DNA of 41,409 nt from a virus: the UHGV virus genome UHGV-0177896, one strand, 5' to 3'. The notes beneath the pieces are model-generated. The model was not told where the DNA came from, made no database searches, and saw only the letters and a program-made list of their open reading frames with translations. Positions 19,955 through 28,800 of this stretch are shown piece after piece (positions within the stretch are counted from its first letter, which is position 1; the number at the start of each line of letters is the position of its first letter). The position numbers and the translations under genes were made by a program.

Positions 19955-21272
19955 TCTCGATGTCCTCGTCGGTAATGGATGCCCCGATGCCGGTTACGTC
20001 AGAATTTTCTCGCAAATCAGTCATAGCGGCTTTCAGTGTCATCAGACCATCACCCAGCGCTGTACTGATTGCGTTGGTAGTGTTTAACGCCACCGTTGAG
20101 CGATCGACATCAGACATTTGCCAGAGCGGGTTAAACTCAAACGTGAAATCGTCCGGCAGCGGCTTGCCAAGCTCCGAACGATGCATGATGTCCAGTATCC
20201 GCCGCACCGGAAGACGTAAACGCCTCTCCTGCAACGAGCTTACCCGGTCGTAATAGTTGGCAAGGTCTGCATCGCCGGTAGAAAATCCCTTCGGGGACTG
20301 TCCGAACAACCGCACCAGTGGGATACCAACAGCGCCACTAATCTGTTCTGCAAACTGTGAAAGGATGTCATCCAGACCACTGAAGCTGTACTGATGGGTT
20401 TCAAACTTATCCCGCGAGTCCATGAGCGTCATGCCTTCATTGCTCTGGAACTGTCGAATCAGGTCGATATTCTTCAGCAACGCTTCATACGCAGGACCAC
20501 CAAGTGCGATAAGCTCGCGTAGCTTCTCCACGCTGTAGGTACGCAAATGCGCCTTGTAGACCAGCTGCGCCGCGCCGACAGTAGCGCTGTCGAACGCGGT
20601 AAGACGATCCCAGATACGCTCTACAACCGACATTCCCCATTCGTTCTCGGTCATCTTCTGCTGGAATGGCAGCGTGACGCCATCAAAGCGAATCAGGCGA
20701 CTGTGATGAATGCGCCAGGCAGGAATTCCCGTTGCTGTGGTCACCACATCGTAAAACTCAGGTTTACCCAGGTCCGGCCCCATATCTTTAATGCGGCGGG
20801 TCAGTACCGGGTCGATCATCCAGCGGTCGAGCGGGAGAATCCCCTTAAACTTGCCCTTACCGATGGTTTCGGGTCGCAGCGGGGTCATTGGTGCCTGCCC
20901 CTCAATCATGATGAAACCCACCGCGCCGCCGTAGAGGCGCGACCATTTCAGCACGTCGTTCAGCGCATCCCAGATTTGCAACTCATCCAGTTGTGATTCG
21001 AGAATGCCACGATCTTTTGCATCAATTTCCGACGTGATGCGAATGCCTTTGCGGGTCATATCATCCGGGATAGCATCGACCGCTTCGCCGATGATCCAAG
21101 ACGAACGATAGGACCATTCCACCAGCATGCGGTTACGACTGGTGAAATTAGCCCGGTAGGTGGATGCTGAGTGCTGGTTAGGTGTCTGCATCCCTACGCG
21201 GGCAATAAAATTCTCATAACCATCAGCTGTGGCCTGCGCAGTTCGCCGCAGGGCTTGTTTGTTTCGTGCCAT
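19806..21272 (-). CDS. Portal protein
   Basis: 488-aa ORF directly after the large terminase, with TGATG stop/start overlap. Size and position are those of a portal. Confidence 0.75.
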   Translation of the reverse strand: MARNKQALRRTAQATADGYENFIARVGMQTPNQHSASTYRANFTSRNRMLVEWSYRSSWIIGEAVDAIPDDMTRKGIRITSEIDAKDRGILESQLDELQIWDALNDVLKWSRLYGGAVGFIMIEGQAPMTPLRPETIGKGKFKGILPLDRWMIDPVLTRRIKDMGPDLGKPEFYDVVTTATGIPAWRIHHSRLIRFDGVTLPFQQKMTENEWGMSVVERIWDRLTAFDSATVGAAQLVYKAHLRTYSVEKLRELIALGGPAYEALLKNIDLIRQFQSNEGMTLMDSRDKFETHQYSFSGLDDILSQFAEQISGAVGIPLVRLFGQSPKGFSTGDADLANYYDRVSSLQERRLRLPVRRILDIMHRSELGKPLPDDFTFEFNPLWQMSDVDRSTVALNTTNAISTALGDGLMTLKAAMTDLRENSDVTGIGASITDEDIENAEDEAPPGIGEPDDEPQEPSGGNPVSNQPTQDSAGGRGHRKWSLRWFK

Positions 21273-22894
21273 CAGGCCTGTCTCCCTAGCAGCTCCCAGA
21301 TGTTCAGGGCTGAATTCATTGGGGCATAGTTGATCATCACCGAGTCGGCAAGGTTTGGCGACCGGGTTTCATCAGGCTGTTTATCAATAACGATTTTTCC
21401 CACACCATTAATGGAATAGGTCGGCTGCGAAAGCTCAATGATGAGTTTATCTTTGAGTGCCATGCTACTGCTGATTGAGATGATTTCGTCCGGGTTGTAA
21501 GCCATACCTTCAACCACAGCGCGCCAGGTATTCTGAAAAAGTTTACGTAACCGCCACCAGCTCTGGGCTTTGGCGTTAGCGAAGAAGTCCTTGTTCAGAC
21601 GTGCGGCTTGCCCGTTGTCCCCGCGAACAGCTTCATCATCCGGATCAAATACCGCGCCACTACCTCGAAACGGTGTGGCAAGTATTGACGGTCGACGCGC
21701 AGCGTTACGCAGTTCGTTGATAGCGCGTGCATCGCCGCGAACGCCAGCGCCCAGCCCGTCCTCATCAAAGCGAAACTCTTCGAGGTTGTCCTGTTCGCAA
21801 AAGCCGAAAACCTTCTCGACGGACTGATAAATGTCGCTGCCCACACCGGACCATTCCCGCACATTTTCCAGGAGGAAGCCATGACGGGTGGAAAAGGCAT
21901 TTTTGTCCCTGCCTTCGTCGGCGACATCCATCGCGCCAAGTCGTTTGCCTGTTGGCTGGATACCCAGTTTGATATGCGCATCAACGGCAGCCTGTACCCA
22001 TTCGGATGGAATCAGAACGCCTTCCGCTGATGCGCTGTAGTTCAGATCAAGTTCCTGTGCCACCACCACCGGATTATCGATTTTCTCGCATTCCCTGCGA
22101 TACCACTCTTCATCCTTGCGAGGATCATCCCGCCAGTGGAATGTGAATACCGGTATCTTCCCGCCATGACGCTTCTGAGCGAACGGGTTAGCCATGCCGT
22201 TAACTGAACTCAGGTCGATACGGCAACGCGTCGTTTGTGACAACGCCGCATCAATCAGCAGAGGACGCTGAAGGAATGCAGCCTCATCAACCAGATAAAG
22301 CGTGGTACGGTCACCACGACCAATATTATCGCCAGCCTCGCCTTTGATAACGGCACCAGTTTCAGGAAACTCAACACGCATATATGGCGCGTGCTTCTTC
22401 TCACTCCACGAACCGCGAAACTCTACAGGTAGCGTTTCCACGAACTTGCGTGCCTTCCAGAACAATGCTTTCGGGTCACCAGTGCTGTCGACGTATTCCT
22501 CTTTACGGGAGCCGAAACCGATAACCATTTCTTTGTTGAAGAGACAAAGCGAGCAGGCCAGTCCGATCGCGGTCCAACTGAGCCCCATTTCACGGGATTT
22601 TTCGGTAATACCATTCTCCCGATTGCCCCAGCGTTCCATAATCCAGTGGATCCACTCCTCCTGCTTAGGGAAGAGTAAAAACGGAATGGTCACCGGCAGG
22701 CCATAATCAATATTACGCGGGTCCGTTGTCATGCCCCAGTCGATGATGAACTGAGCCGGATTGGTTCGGTAAAACTGCTTCAATACGGGCAATATTTCAG
22801 GATTCTGGCGAATGCGCTGTAGGCGTTCCATCCGCCATTCAAAAACCATCTGGTAATCAGGATGTTTAAAATCGAAGGGGAATGGTAACGGCAT
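21272..22894 (-). CDS. Terminase large subunit
   Basis: 540-aa ORF following the small terminase, with an ATPase-type N-terminal half and nuclease-type C-terminal half by general pattern. Confidence 0.8.
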   Translation of the reverse strand: MPLPFPFDFKHPDYQMVFEWRMERLQRIRQNPEILPVLKQFYRTNPAQFIIDWGMTTDPRNIDYGLPVTIPFLLFPKQEEWIHWIMERWGNRENGITEKSREMGLSWTAIGLACSLCLFNKEMVIGFGSRKEEYVDSTGDPKALFWKARKFVETLPVEFRGSWSEKKHAPYMRVEFPETGAVIKGEAGDNIGRGDRTTLYLVDEAAFLQRPLLIDAALSQTTRCRIDLSSVNGMANPFAQKRHGGKIPVFTFHWRDDPRKDEEWYRRECEKIDNPVVVAQELDLNYSASAEGVLIPSEWVQAAVDAHIKLGIQPTGKRLGAMDVADEGRDKNAFSTRHGFLLENVREWSGVGSDIYQSVEKVFGFCEQDNLEEFRFDEDGLGAGVRGDARAINELRNAARRPSILATPFRGSGAVFDPDDEAVRGDNGQAARLNKDFFANAKAQSWWRLRKLFQNTWRAVVEGMAYNPDEIISISSSMALKDKLIIELSQPTYSINGVGKIVIDKQPDETRSPNLADSVMINYAPMNSALNIWELLGRQA

Positions 22895-22896
22895 AC

Positions 22897-23448
22897 TTAG
22901 CCCATCATTTTTCTATACGCCTCTGCAGCCTGCTCCGGCGTTAAGTTGGTAATTTCTGTTCTGACTGGTCCTCCATCAGCGCCAGTCACTTCATTTTTGA
23001 CGTTGTCTTTAAACGCCTGAACAGAAACATGACGCCCAAGCAACTCAAGGTTTTTAACCTTATCAGGCCATTTGATTTTCTTCAGAAGTGCGGCGCTATC
23101 TGCGGATACCATCTCCACGACATCCATTCCTGATAGCGTTGTGCGCCATACCTTAGGCCAGTCTTTAATGGGCTTTAGCTCACCGTTTTGCAGGAGAATG
23201 TCGAGCACATCCATCTGGTCGATTTCAATAAGGCGATTAAGTACATATTCTGCATTAATACCAACAAGATCATTGCGTTGCGCTTTCAGTTCAGCGATTC
23301 TGAATTGTATGTCAGGTTTTGACAGGTTTTCGGATGCGGTACGGTTAGCTGTCTTTGCGCTGTACCCCGCCCGAATAGCCGCTTGCGTGGCGTTTAAATC
23401 GATGAGGTACTCGCGACAGAACATTTCTTGCTTGTCGGTGAGTGCCAT
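22897..23448 (-). CDS. Terminase small subunit
   Basis: 183-aa ORF. N-terminus [30 protein letters not shown] is a typical terS HTH-type opening. Immediately upstream of terL. Confidence 0.75.
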   Translation of the reverse strand: MALTDKQEMFCREYLIDLNATQAAIRAGYSAKTANRTASENLSKPDIQFRIAELKAQRNDLVGINAEYVLNRLIEIDQMDVLDILLQNGELKPIKDWPKVWRTTLSGMDVVEMVSADSAALLKKIKWPDKVKNLELLGRHVSVQAFKDNVKNEVTGADGGPVRTEITNLTPEQAAEAYRKMMG

Positions 23449-23467
23449 TGATATACCTGAGGAAATT

Positions 23468-24016
23468 ATGAAGTTAGAAGATTTCGCAGCTTATAACCGC
23501 CCTCAATCGAAGGTGTCCGATGAGAGGAAATTTCTTGATTACATTCACAGTCGGAACAGATGGGTTGAGTTTATCAAAAGCATCGATAACGCAAAGCCAG
23601 TATCAATTGCCATGAAAAATTCATTCCATAGTCAATGGGTTGAGTCTGGGGCCTTTATACGTGAAAAGATCAACGACGACTCAATTCTCCTCAAACTATT
23701 AACGCTCTTATTGCCAACATATGATGGTGACAGCCTTGTACTTTATCGGGGGGAAAATAAAGACAGGTTCGATAAAGGGCTCATTGGATTTTGCTGGACA
23801 ACGGACATTTCAGTCGCCGAGAAGTTTGGTCGTGGATTGAATGCATACAAATCACCAGGTTTGCTGTTAAGAGCTGAAGCTCCAGCCTGTTCTATATTAG
23901 CTGGCCCCAATGCCCACAGTCGTTATCTTGGTGAAAATGAGTTCACGGTTAACCCCTCGCGTCTTTCAAACATAACCGTTATTGAAACCTATCCGGACAA
24001 CTCTTTTTTCAAATGA
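23468..24016 (+). CDS. Orphan cargo protein antisense to the late operon; possible ADP-ribosyltransferase-like fold (hypothesis)
   Basis: 182 aa; ATG at 23468 with a GAGG SD 5 nt upstream. Lower GC than its neighbours. Contains LYRG (Arg), FCWTTD (S/T-S/T) and GENEF (ExE) in the order of R-S-E ART motifs. Confidence 0.6.
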   Translation: MKLEDFAAYNRPQSKVSDERKFLDYIHSRNRWVEFIKSIDNAKPVSIAMKNSFHSQWVESGAFIREKINDDSILLKLLTLLLPTYDGDSLVLYRGENKDRFDKGLIGFCWTTDISVAEKFGRGLNAYKSPGLLLRAEAPACSILAGPNAHSRYLGENEFTVNPSRLSNITVIETYPDNSFFK

Positions 24017-24148
24017 TGAATAAATAGATGCCCTATACTTCACCCGCCACTGGTACGCCGTTTCGATGGCCTCCCAGTCCGGTTTTGCCATGAATTTTTC
24101 CTCTTAGTGACATTATCGAAGCCCCTTATCAAAGGAGCTTCTGTAATG

Positions 24149-24334
24149 TCAGTCCCGAACGAACGTAACCTTCGTGTTTGTCGCTCGCCGTACAAGGCGC
24201 GCCGCTTCGCGTTGCATTTCATCGATAACTTTTGGCGTCATCGGCTGATGCGCATATTTACGTTCAATCTCTGCAAAAATCCCGTTCATCGTTTCGCTGT
24301 CTGGTGGGATAACTTTAACGTTTAATCGTGCCAT
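24149..24334 (-). CDS. Small hypothetical protein downstream of the spanins (61 aa)
   Basis: ATG at 24334 (MARLNVKV...) with a weak RBS. A plus-strand ORF 24146..24325 with a strong AAGGAG SD competes for the same DNA, so which is real is unresolved. Confidence 0.3.
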   Translation of the reverse strand: MARLNVKVIPPDSETMNGIFAEIERKYAHQPMTPKVIDEMQREAARLVRRATNTKVTFVRD

Positions 24335-24590
24335 TGGTTTGTGCTGCCCTGTTTTTCTCAAAAGTCCTGATATCAGCCTTATCCCTGTTGCACTGTGCTA
24401 ACGCTGACAACAACGCAACATTCAGGTTAAGGCTAGCTCCCCACGTAAACGGGTCGGGTAAATCTGGCTGGGGTGTTTCATCCGTCAGACTGGCTGGTAA
24501 CGGAACGACCGGCACCGACACGTATACCGTTCGCGTATTCGTGCAACCGCTTAACTGCGCCAGAAGGAACGATACGAACAGCGCAATCAT
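24315..24590 (-). CDS. o-spanin lipoprotein (Rz1-like), overlapped architecture
   Basis: ATG at 24590 in the +1 frame inside Rz. Lipobox LLAQLSGC followed by a Pro-rich segment (VPVVPLPASLTDETPQPDLPDP). Extends past the Rz stop. Confidence 0.65.
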   Translation of the reverse strand: MIALFVSFLLAQLSGCTNTRTVYVSVPVVPLPASLTDETPQPDLPDPFTWGASLNLNVALLSALAQCNRDKADIRTFEKNRAAQTNGTIKR

Positions 24591-24870
24591 CACCCGAAAC
24601 AGCCACTTTGATATCTTCCTGGGTTCTCTGTGACTCCAGTGCGATCTGCTGTTTTGCATGCTGGTTAGCCTCTATAACTGTATTGATGATTTGCAGAGAT
24701 TGCAGGACGTTACTGGTAATGGCTGTTGCAGATTCAGCATTTCGTACAGCCTCATCAGCACGCTCCTTTTCGTGCTGATATTTGCTGTAGTAATGCCCGG
24801 CAGACCAGATAAAAGAACCGATGACGGTAACAAAGAAGGCAACAATAACCAGCTTATATCTCAGCTTCAT
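24478..24870 (-). CDS. i-spanin (Rz-like)
   Basis: 130 aa with an N-terminal TM helix (LVIVAFFVTVIGSFIW) and charged helical periplasmic domain. Directly downstream of the endolysin. Confidence 0.75.
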   Translation of the reverse strand: MKLRYKLVIVAFFVTVIGSFIWSAGHYYSKYQHEKERADEAVRNAESATAITSNVLQSLQIINTVIEANQHAKQQIALESQRTQEDIKVAVSGDDCAVRIVPSGAVKRLHEYANGIRVGAGRSVTSQSDG

Positions 24871-25330
24871 TTACCACCCCACCAGCTTCTTTAAATCGGG
24901 AAATCAGGTCACCGATTCTATGTTCATACTGACCGTAACCTGCACCAGGTAACGACGCCCAGATATTGCTGCACCGGTCGATTGCCTGACGAATATCGCC
25001 GCGGTCAATCATCGGTAAAGCGCCACGCTCTTTAATCTGCTGCAGCGCTACAGCATCCTGACTTTCTGGAGAAAAATCTTTCAGGCCAAGTTGCTTGCGG
25101 TAGGCATCCCACCAGCGTGAAAGAAGCTGGTAACGTCCAGCGGCTGTTGATTTGAGTTTCGGATTTAGCGTGACAAGTTTGCGGGGGTGATCGGAGTAAT
25201 CAGTGAACAGTTCGCCACCGACAATAACATCATAACCGTGATTTCTGGTTTTCTGCCGTCCGTTATCTGTTCCTTCTGACCATGCCACCATATCCAGGAA
25301 AGCTTTACGCTGGGAATTAAGTGTCTGCAT
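24854..25330 (-). CDS. Endolysin (lambda R-like lytic transglycosylase/lysozyme)
   Basis: 158-aa ORF between holin and spanin with a strong AAGGAG SD. Sequence character consistent with the lambda R family. Confidence 0.75.
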   Translation of the reverse strand: MQTLNSQRKAFLDMVAWSEGTDNGRQKTRNHGYDVIVGGELFTDYSDHPRKLVTLNPKLKSTAAGRYQLLSRWWDAYRKQLGLKDFSPESQDAVALQQIKERGALPMIDRGDIRQAIDRCSNIWASLPGAGYGQYEHRIGDLISRFKEAGGVVNEAEI

Positions 25331-25333
25331 TAA

Positions 25334-25675
25334 TTACTCCTTATGGGCACCGAACTTGTTACCGATGACCCTCATTGCCGCACCACGAATAGCATCAACA
25401 CCAATCAGCCCCACCCCACCACCAATGGCAACAGAAAGTGATTTAGGCCATCCGACATACTCAAGCGCGGATGCAAAGGTCAGCGTCAGAGCACCACAAA
25501 GCAGAATCTCAAGCGTTTTTCGTTTCCAGCCGCCGCCACCGCCAAAATAGGCAATGCGCAAACCAGCCATAATAATTGACATAACCACTGCGCCCAGCGG
25601 CGTATCTCCACGCCACCAACTTTGTAAGAGTTCCAGTAAGTCAGGCCAGGAATGAGGGGCATTGTGCATTTTCAT
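25334..25675 (-). CDS. Class I holin with dual start (lambda S-like)
   Basis: Begins MKM (ATG at 25675 and 25669), the same Met1-Lys2-Met3 arrangement as lambda S107/S105. Multiple TM segments and a charged C-terminus. Confidence 0.75.
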   Translation of the reverse strand: MKMHNAPHSWPDLLELLQSWWRGDTPLGAVVMSIIMAGLRIAYFGGGGGWKRKTLEILLCGALTLTFASALEYVGWPKSLSVAIGGGVGLIGVDAIRGAAMRVIGNKFGAHKE

Positions 25676-25891
25676 AAGCCTCAGCTCTGAGAGTTCGGAT
25701 GGTGCTAAGTGTAAGATTCAGGCTCTCAGGCTTGCTAACAAGAAGTCGAGGATGTTTCCGGAGCCTAACAACGAAAAGCCCCGGGACATGCCGGGGCCAG
25801 ATGGAGTGCCAGATTAAGCTTCTGGCAGTATATACTCGTGTTTGATATCGTTAAATCGCCAAAAGTAACAATTCAAACAAAGAGGATTTTT

Positions 25892-26053
25892 ATGTCTGAA
25901 AAAAACAAGCCACAAGGTGAAAATAAACCTCAGCAACCCGTGGCACCAAAACCAACTCCAACACAAAGTACTGCAGACTTTGCTACACGTCGTGTTTTTG
26001 TTGGAGATTCTGCCGACTCAGTCATTGAACATATAAAAAAACAGCCGAGATAA
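25892..26053 (+). CDS. Small low-complexity hypothetical protein, convergent with the membrane cargo gene
   Basis: 53 aa (MSEKNKPQGENKPQQPVAPKPTPTQ...) with an AGAGGA SD 6 nt upstream of ATG 25892. Its 3' end overlaps the membrane gene on the opposite strand. Confidence 0.35.
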   Translation: MSEKNKPQGENKPQQPVAPKPTPTQSTADFATRRVFVGDSADSVIEHIKKQPR

Positions 26054-26591
26054 ATATCGCAGCTACCGGAGCAAGGATGGTATACATCCTTGCTTTATCG
26101 AGACTCGTGCGGATTTTCTCATTTTCCAACAGTAACTCTCTTGCTGTATCACTCAAGTCAACAAGGCGATACCTTCGTATAAGCGGCAATAACTTATCAG
26201 GTCCTAAATATCCTGCATCAGCGAATATTTTAAAGCTCGATGGCTCCATATCCTTATATTTTTCATGATATAGATGATCAGGAGGGGCATTGATCAGGCC
26301 CCTAACCTTCACAGATAAACCAGTACATACCAAGTAAATGGCGCACCATGTCCATAGTAATGTAAATGTGGTAATTCCAGCGGTGAGAAAATCGAAATTA
26401 GTTTTCTGTGTCAGCAATAAAAAAGATGAGCCAATTCCAACAATCTGAATGTTCAGAAGTTTGTATCCATTCTCAACATTGGTTTTGTTAGAAAGATGAA
26501 TCTCTCGTATCGTCTCTTCCCCTTGTTTTTCAAGATAATCGACGAGCTCATCATCTACTCCTAAAAAATAATCTTTAGGTAGTTCTCTCAT
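26022..26591 (-). CDS. Hypothetical membrane protein, first gene after PR'/tR' (stx-equivalent cargo slot)
   Basis: 189 aa with a GGAGGTGA SD, a ~45-aa acidic N-terminal domain and about three TM helices. Markedly AT-rich. Sits between the Q terminator and the holin. Confidence 0.6.
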   Translation of the reverse strand: MRELPKDYFLGVDDELVDYLEKQGEETIREIHLSNKTNVENGYKLLNIQIVGIGSSFLLLTQKTNFDFLTAGITTFTLLWTWCAIYLVCTGLSVKVRGLINAPPDHLYHEKYKDMEPSSFKIFADAGYLGPDKLLPLIRRYRLVDLSDTARELLLENEKIRTSLDKARMYTILAPVAAIFISAVFLYVQ

Positions 26592-26699
26592 CTCACCTCC
26601 ACATCCTGTACTGAAAACAATTTTACCAGAATGTCTCGATTCCAGGTATTCCGCCAGGAATCGCGCTCCAGAAATGAAACATCAGGTTCGCCAGTACCA

Positions 26700-26730
26700 G
26701 AAACAACAAAACCCGCTCAATGGCGGGTTT
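26700..26730 (-). terminator. tR'-like rho-independent terminator downstream of PR'
   Basis: Stem AACCCGC/GCGGGTT with a 6-nt loop, followed on the minus strand by TTTTGTTGTTT. Lies about 55-60 nt downstream of the predicted late promoter. Confidence 0.6.
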
Positions 26731-26787
26731 TGGTAAAGTTCATGCGCTTGGTTCGCCTCGCGATACAGCTTTGCGAAGCATACCGGA

Positions 26788-26816
26788 ATTGAAGCAGTTT
26801 ATGCGTAAAAAATCAA
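26788..26816 (-). promoter_or_regulatory. Late promoter PR'-like (-35 TTGATT, 17-bp spacer, -10 TTCAAT) overlapping the Q stop
   Basis: Minus strand reads TTGATT-N17-TTCAAT immediately after the Q gene, with the tR' hairpin a short distance downstream. Same layout as lambda PR'/6S/tR'. Confidence 0.45.
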
Positions 26817-27355
26817 GCTATTTTTTGAGCAAATGATTCTCGCATGGGAATATATAGGGCATACTCAGCAACAGCCAACCAATTAGCAATTCGCTTTTCG
26901 CATGTGCTAAAACACCACTCAGGATGTGCATCATTTAGCAATTCAGCCATTTTGCGCTTAGCCATCCCCCGTCCTTCATACCGTTGCCGGAGGACACTAA
27001 TCAATCCAGGATGCTCTGCCAGCACCTCACTTATGACTCTATCAATACATAACGCCTCTGCATCAGTACAATGCGCCAGCCAGGTCTTTTGCTTGCCATT
27101 GATCATCTCTCGCAAAAACGCTTCCAGCTCAGGTTTCTCTATTCCCGCTTTTTTCATCCTGCGCAGGGCTTCATTGACGGCTGTTTTCGTCAATTTTTGG
27201 GATGCCAGCAACTGGTTAAACATATTTCCCGTCTTACCGCCGCCAATATACGACCAGCGCCCCCACATGCGCAGTTTTCCCTGAATCCAGACACTTTCCA
27301 GCGTGGTGAGACGAAGGTGTTCCCCGCTTTTGCCTGTATTTGTTGGGTAAATCAT
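26813..27355 (-). CDS. Late-gene antiterminator Q
   Basis: 180 aa from ATG 27355 (MIYPTNTG...) with a GGAGAAAGG SD. Last gene before the PR'/tR' signals and the lysis cassette. Start overlaps the upstream stop as ATGA. Confidence 0.65.
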   Translation of the reverse strand: MIYPTNTGKSGEHLRLTTLESVWIQGKLRMWGRWSYIGGGKTGNMFNQLLASQKLTKTAVNEALRRMKKAGIEKPELEAFLREMINGKQKTWLAHCTDAEALCIDRVISEVLAEHPGLISVLRQRYEGRGMAKRKMAELLNDAHPEWCFSTCEKRIANWLAVAEYALYIPMRESFAQKIA

Positions 27356-27642
27356 AAATAACCTTCCTTTCTCCAGATTTCTTGTGTGCGAAAAACACCT
27401 TCTGCATGCATCAGGCGTAATTCTTCTTTGGTGTAATCGCTGGTTTTTACCCGCCCGTCGATTAAATCGTGGCATGAGCTGCAGGCAATCGCTGCCTGCA
27501 TATCGTGTGGTTTTGTCGCTGTTCCGCACGTCCCCGCCAACCTGTAATGCGCCAGCACAGAAGTTTCGGGATTGTGATTGCAGTAGCCAGAAATTCTGAC
27601 GGTGCACATCTGCCCCCGCGCCGCTTTACGTAAATCCACCAT
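27352..27642 (-). CDS. YbcO-like protein (DUF1364; putative Zn-binding nuclease of nin regions)
   Basis: 96 aa: MVDLRKAARGQMCTVRISGYCNHNPETSVLAHYRLAGTCGTATKP...IACSSCHD, a Cys/His pattern remembered from YbcO of DLP12-type nin regions. Immediately upstream of Q. Confidence 0.55.
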   Translation of the reverse strand: MVDLRKAARGQMCTVRISGYCNHNPETSVLAHYRLAGTCGTATKPHDMQAAIACSSCHDLIDGRVKTSDYTKEELRLMHAEGVFRTQEIWRKEGYL

Positions 27643-28241
27643 TACGCAAACTCCAGTAACTGTGCGGCCACATTTTCGACTTCCTCCGGAGAGGAAAATT
27701 TACGGAACAGGATCCAGTTCCACAGCACATTCAGTACAGATTTATAAACCTGCTGAAACACGGTTTCGTCCATGTTCGCAAATGCGATAGATTTTGCCCT
27801 GCACCCACGACTACCATCAGGATAAATATGCTCGGTGTAAAATCCGGCCTGAATGGTTACCCACTCGCGGAAAGCGTCAAACGACTTTAGCAATGCCGTA
27901 TCCCGGGTTCTGCATGTCGCAACTGTATTAAGGTATTGCTCTGCGGCATCACTCAGGGCTGGAGTGTGTTCCCGACCTACTGATTCGCACAGGTAATCAA
28001 CGAAGCCTGATACCAGTTTTCGTTCGCGAGGCGTGATCGCCCCACCGACCGGAGTCCAGTAATCGAATCCCAGTTGCAGGAGTTTGAAAAAACGCTTGTG
28101 GAATGCGTAGTTACGCACACGCTTAAAGTCTGCGTGTATCCACTCACCTATTTTGATTTGATGCAAAAAATCGCAACTCTCCGGCGTCGCCGGGAGAAGT
28201 AATCCGGAAGAGGTTTGTTTGACCAGTTGTATATGCGCCAT
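27642..28241 (-). CDS. Nin-region hypothetical protein (DUF1367-like)
   Basis: 199-aa ORF with a GGAGAA SD, translationally coupled to the YbcO-like gene. Family name is a tentative recollection. Confidence 0.45.
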   Translation of the reverse strand: MAHIQLVKQTSSGLLLPATPESCDFLHQIKIGEWIHADFKRVRNYAFHKRFFKLLQLGFDYWTPVGGAITPRERKLVSGFVDYLCESVGREHTPALSDAAEQYLNTVATCRTRDTALLKSFDAFREWVTIQAGFYTEHIYPDGSRGCRAKSIAFANMDETVFQQVYKSVLNVLWNWILFRKFSSPEEVENVAAQLLEFA

Positions 28242-28312
28242 CGTAGTTCTCCGCTGGCGCAGTAGAATTGGTGTTCAGCCCGTTATGTAGTATACCAGAA
28301 TTAATGCCAATA

Positions 28313-28525
28313 CTAACAGGATGCTCTGACTCGCAATTCATCCAGCAGTTTATCATTTCCCATAATGTCACTTACCCTCATCGGTAAAAAAATTGCCTTT
28401 CGACCATTACGATACATCATTGATTTTGGGGTTTCAGGGAAGTAATCCATTTCGACTATAACTGACAGGTCATCACGACGTATGACTGCGTATTTGCAAC
28501 TAAATAGTTTCTTTATTTTTTCCAC
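28313..28525 (-). CDS. Small hypothetical protein in an AT-rich islet (70 aa, GTG start)
   Basis: GTG at 28525 preceded by GGAGG 4 nt upstream. Both the ORF and the ~150 bp upstream are AT-rich. No recognisable domain. Confidence 0.35.
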   Translation of the reverse strand: MEKIKKLFSCKYAVIRRDDLSVIVEMDYFPETPKSMMYRNGRKAIFLPMRVSDIMGNDKLLDELRVRASC

Positions 28526-28704
28526 GATGCCTCCGAGTTTATAAGTACAAACGGTTATATCCACATAGAGACAAAAATATTAATCTGAAAAATATTTATT
28601 TCACGCCGTATATTTGATTATTTAATGTGCAGGTACAATGACTTTTATTTTTTGTTGTGTATATAATCAAATATATGGTTATTTTTCACCCTGCACATTC
28701 AGCG

Positions 28705-28732
28705 CGCAACAAAAAACCCGCCGAAGCGGGTT
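28705..28732 (-). terminator. Rho-independent terminator at the 3' end of the hok-type toxin transcript
   Basis: Stem AACCCGC/GCGGGTT followed on the minus strand by TTTTTTGTTG, about 70 nt downstream of the toxin stop. Confidence 0.6.
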
Positions 28733-28800
28733 TAGTGCGGGTGCGTTGAGGGTGCCTGACACATGAGAGGTGGCGAGGGATTTCTCCCCCGCCTGGTCTC

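Noticed and set aside
23072-24016. 314-aa plus-strand ORF extending the orphan gene upstream through the terS coding region
   Set aside because: The upstream part is simply an open antisense frame of terS. The good SD and ATG at 23468 and the change in base composition place the real start there.
24107-24325. Plus-strand ORF (ATG 24146) with a strong AAGGAG SD, antisense to the small minus-strand ORF 24149..24334
   Set aside because: The translation is Trp/Phe/Arg/Cys-rich and looks non-protein-like, but the SD is better than that of the minus-strand candidate. I left the minus-strand call at low confidence rather than annotate both.
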